Shown: positions 34,114 to 37,412 of the stretch, one piece after another
How positions within the stretch are numbered: position 1 is the stretch's first letter
Layout of the letters: each line of letters starts with the position of its first letter
From: Octopus sinensis
Lineage: Eukaryota
NCBI RefSeq assembly: GCF_006345805.1
Contig: NW_021836807.1
Location: 1-37,412, forward strand
DNA length: 37,412 nucleotides
Direction: 5' to 3'
Position numbers and translations under genes: made by a program
The notes under the pieces: model-generated
Database searches by the model: none
The model's input: the letters and a program-made list of their open reading frames with translations, nothing else
Told to the model about the DNA's origin: nothing

Positions 34114-34630
34114 GGAGCAGGAGTGGCTGTGTGGTAAGTAGCTTGCTTACCGACTTACATGACATACACGACTTACATGTCCTACATGAGTGACGCATGG
34201 GAAATGGCGGGATACAGGAACTCAAGCGGCATTGAAGATAATGATGAATATATCGATGGATATATCGATGAATAGGCAGTGAAAAAGCTTCGTTAGTGGG
34301 TTTGAAACCTCATCTTATTGTATTATTTGTAATGGTTTATAATCTCAATTGTTGTGTTAAAAAAAAAAACATGTTAAGTAAGAGATTTTAGTGCCTCCTT
34401 CTTGTAAGAGGTTTGAAACCTCATACTGATTTTAAAAAAAAAAGAAAATGTTTTTGAGAAAAATCCAATCGGCGGGTGTTGGGTTTCGTCTCTCATTTAT
34501 TCATTTTATTTCATTTTCATTCATTAATGTGTTTGTCCAGCCCGCAAAGCTACACAATCTTTGTACTGTCTATATGACAAATTTTATGAAATAAAGTAGC
34601 TTGCTTACACATGGTTCCGGGTTCATTCCC
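34114..34630 (+). mobile_element. SINE family E head split by a 443-bp insertion (34151-34593) with a 15-bp TSD
   Basis: AAGTAGCTTGCTTAC at 34136-34150 and 34594-34608; the insert ends in AATAAA; the SINE resumes ACATGGTTCCGGGTTCA. Confidence 0.8.
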
Positions 34631-34683
34631 AGGTATCCAAGTGTAGGAAGTGAGTCTAGGTATCCAAGTGTAGGAAGTTAGTC
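34631..34683 (+). repeat. 27-bp tandem duplication
   Basis: AGGTATCCAAGTGTAGGAAGT(G/T)AGTC twice. Confidence 0.9.
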
Positions 34684-35024
34684 AGCTTCAACCAGTTCGT
34701 GGCAGATATAGAAAGCAAAAAGTGTATAGCGTTACACATTTTTCCCATATCGAAGTTACGAGGAAATTCGATAAGCTGAGAGTTTCTGTGTAGCTTATGA
34801 TTAGCAATTACAGTTACTATGAATGCGAATAAAAATATATACGTATGTATATCTTGGGCGAGTTTCCTATTGTGAAAAAGCTATTCGCCTAGTGAAGAGA
34901 ATGATAATACAGCTAGTTCAGATAACCGTTGCTGGGACGGTTAGTTATGAGCATTAATCTTCTGCTAGTGAGCAACGTAATAGTACCACCAGTGCAAAAA
35001 ATTATAGTACCATCAGGAACAGAC

Positions 35025-35337
35025 TTTTTTTTTACTCTTTTTACTTGTTTTTAGTCATTTGACTGTCCCCATGCTGGAGCACCGCCTTTAGTCGAGCAAA
35101 TCGACCCCAGGACTTATTCTTTGTAAGCCTAGTACTTATTCTATCGGTTTATTTTTTACCGAACCGCTAAGTTACGGGGGCATAAACACACCAGCATCGG
35201 TTGTCAAGCGATGTTGGAGGGACAAGCACAGACACACACATAATAGAAGACACTTGCACAAGGTGTCACGCAGTGGGACTGAACCCAGAACCATGTGGTT
35301 GGTAAGCAAGCTACTTACCACACCGCCACTCCTACGC
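35025..35337 (-). mobile_element. SINE family E with internal deletion
   Basis: Head and 3' half are present; the segment between GTGTCTTCTA and the microsatellite is missing. Confidence 0.85.
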
Positions 35338-35444
35338 TTAGTGGTAACATCCAGATAACAATATGTCTATCTACCCGATCTTAGAAGAAGATGACATGGC
35401 CAACATATTTATACGGAATAATTAATTAATTAATAGTTAATAAT

Positions 35445-35447
<3 letters not shown>

Positions 35448-35491
<44 letters not shown>

Positions 35492-35690
35492 TTGTTCCCC
35501 ACCACCGCTTAACAACCGGTATTGGTATTCTTAACTCGCCGTAACTTAGCGGCTCGGTAAAACACACCGTTAGAATACGTACCAGGCTCTAAATAAATTA
35601 ATACTGGGGTCTGTTCATTCGCCAAAACACTGTTCAATGTGGTGCCCCAGCACGGCCACATTCTAATGATTGAAACAAGTAAAAGATAAT
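35448..35690 (+). mobile_element. Older family E-like 3' half with (GT)n
   Basis: CCGCTTAACAACCGGT...GTAACTTAGCGG...CCCCAGCACGGCCAC...GAAACAAGTAAAAG. Confidence 0.75.
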
Positions 35691-35704
35691 CAAATAGTAT
35701 TTTC

Positions 35705-36250
35705 TTTTCTACTCTAGGCACAAGGCCCGAAATTTTGGCGACCCCAGTACGCAACTAGTACTTAATTTATCGACTCTGAAAGGATGAAAGGCAAAGTCGA
35801 CCTCGGCGGAATTTGAACTCAGAACGTAGCGGCAGACGAAATACCTATTTCTTTACTACCCACAAGGGGCTAAGCACAGAGGGAACAGACAAACGGATTA
35901 AGTCAATTACATCGACCCCAGTGCGTAACTGGTACTTAATTTATCGACCCCGAAAGGATGAAAGGCAAAGTCGACCTCGGCGGAATTTGAACTCAGAACG
36001 TAGCAGCAGACGAAATACCTATTTCTTTACTACCCACAAGGGGCTAAACACAGAGGGGACAAACAAAGACAGACAAACGGATTAAGTCAATTACATCGAC
36101 CCCAGTGCGTAACTGGTACTTAATTTATCGACCCCGAAAGGATGAAAGGCAAAGTCGACCTCGGCGGAATTTGAACTCAGAACGTAGCGGCAGACGAAAT
36201 ACCGCTAAGCATTTCACCTGGCGTGCTAACGTTTCTGCCAGCTCGCAGCC
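35705..36250 (-). mobile_element. SINE family D tandem trimer (X, X, Y tails)
   Basis: TTATCG core at 35767, 35941 and 36125 (periods 174 and 184); possible TSD T(A/G)GTATTTTC at 35695-35704 and 36253-36262. Confidence 0.9.
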
Positions 36251-36384
36251 TTTGGTATTTTCACTCAGATCTGAAAACCCTGCTTCAATAACTATATTCT
36301 AAATACCTCGTGTTTATTCTTCTTTCCCATTACGCGAGCCATAAATTAATTTGAATCGAATGCATTCAGCTATGTTATTCTACT

Positions 36385-36457
36385 CATTTAACTGTTTCAG
36401 TCATTTGACTGCGGCCATGCTGGAGCGTCGCTTTTAGTCGAACAAATCGACCCCAGA
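36385..36457 (-). mobile_element. SINE family E 3' fragment
   Basis: TGTTTCAGTCATTTGACTGCGGCCATGCTGGAGC...AAATCGACCCCAG. Confidence 0.8.
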
Positions 36458-36459
36458 AA

Positions 36460-36601
36460 TATATATATATGTATGTATGTATATAAAAATATATATATAT
36501 GTGTGTGTGTGTGTGTTTGTACGTATATATATATATATATATATGTACATACATAAAAATGCATATTTACTTTTATATATACACAAACTATAATAGATAG
36601 T

Positions 36602-36663
<62 letters not shown>
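36460..36663. repeat. (TA)n/(GT)n/(TAGA)n microsatellites
   Basis: Directly visible. Confidence 0.95.
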
Positions 36664-36664
<1 letters not shown>

Positions 36665-37412
36665 GCAGAAAGTCAATTCTTTTAAAAGATATACTTTTAT
36701 CTATTTTTTATTTTATTATCCTTTTTGTTTTTCAAATTCATGTTTGTCTGAAATAGATACAACGCAATCTCATTGTTGTCTTCTAATAGGGGGTACTTTT
36801 TGTTTTATTTTCTTATTCTTTTATTCATTTTTATTTATTTATTTATTTATTTATTATTTATTTTTGCCGCTTCCATTATGCTCTCCAATTCTATACCCAA
36901 TTCTATCTTCGTTAACTTAAAGATTCTGCGAAAACAATCTACAAGCACAGACACTCACTGTGACTGACATCGACTGAGAGATTGGAAGACTTTTCTCTTT
37001 TTTTTTTTTTTTAACTTTTTCCAACTGCTGAAATACAATCAACTCTCTAAACCGATTTCTTTTGTTTAACCGTTCTTCAATTCTCCTGAACCAAGATAAT
37101 TGCCAAATTTCAAATTTAACAGTACAGTCAGTCACCAACCCTTAAATGCAAATGCGGTATTGTTAACAAACGTGTTAACACGTTTTCGCTAACATCTTAG
37201 TCACGTGTGCATTTCAAGACGCTCAGCAATGGCGGAAATGTTTCCTAGTTTTTGCCCAAGCGCGTCATGAAGTCAACTGCTGGAGTATGTAATACAACTC
37301 ACTAGATATTGCATCAGTACTCAAACGCACTTCTGTTGTATTGTTTCACTCAACAGAGAGTCAGCCTAATCGGAAACGCCAAATAAAACACCGCCACAAC
37401 CGCCGCCACCAC

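Noticed and set aside
35705-36250. CRISPR-like periodicity in the 184-bp arrays and the 16.3-kb minisatellite
   Set aside because: Whole units repeat with no unique spacers, there are no cas genes, and the context is eukaryotic.
36917-37412. Possible minus-strand first exon/promoter at the window end (ATGTCAGTCACA followed by GTGAGT)
   Set aside because: Motif-only evidence and truncated context; too weak to call.

Overview
AT-rich, microsatellite-saturated eukaryotic intronic/intergenic DNA, most likely from an octopus (inferred from my recollection of the Octopus tRNA-derived SINE families OR1/OR2/OK; not verified by a search). No intact protein-coding gene can be supported. Almost all listed ORFs are translations of (TA)n/(CA)n/(GA)n runs or of SINE bodies. 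The window contains more than 25 tRNA-headed SINE copies or fragments from about six families, several with target-site duplications (TSDs), some nested and some as tandem multimers. It also holds two complete non-autonomous Helitrons, other DNA-transposon relics, and a frameshifted LINE ORF1-like relic with a CCHC zinc knuckle (21710-22801). The most notable unannotated signal is a set of five short pyrimidine-rich, (TA)n-associated elements, each carrying a minimal type-I hammerhead ribozyme fold with covarying stems; three share a non-canonical U at core position 6. Other highlights: SINE dimers/trimers with an identical junction at three loci, two unrelated inserts abutting the same nucleotide of a SINE head (possible target-specific retrotransposition), and a 23-bp perfect hairpin.
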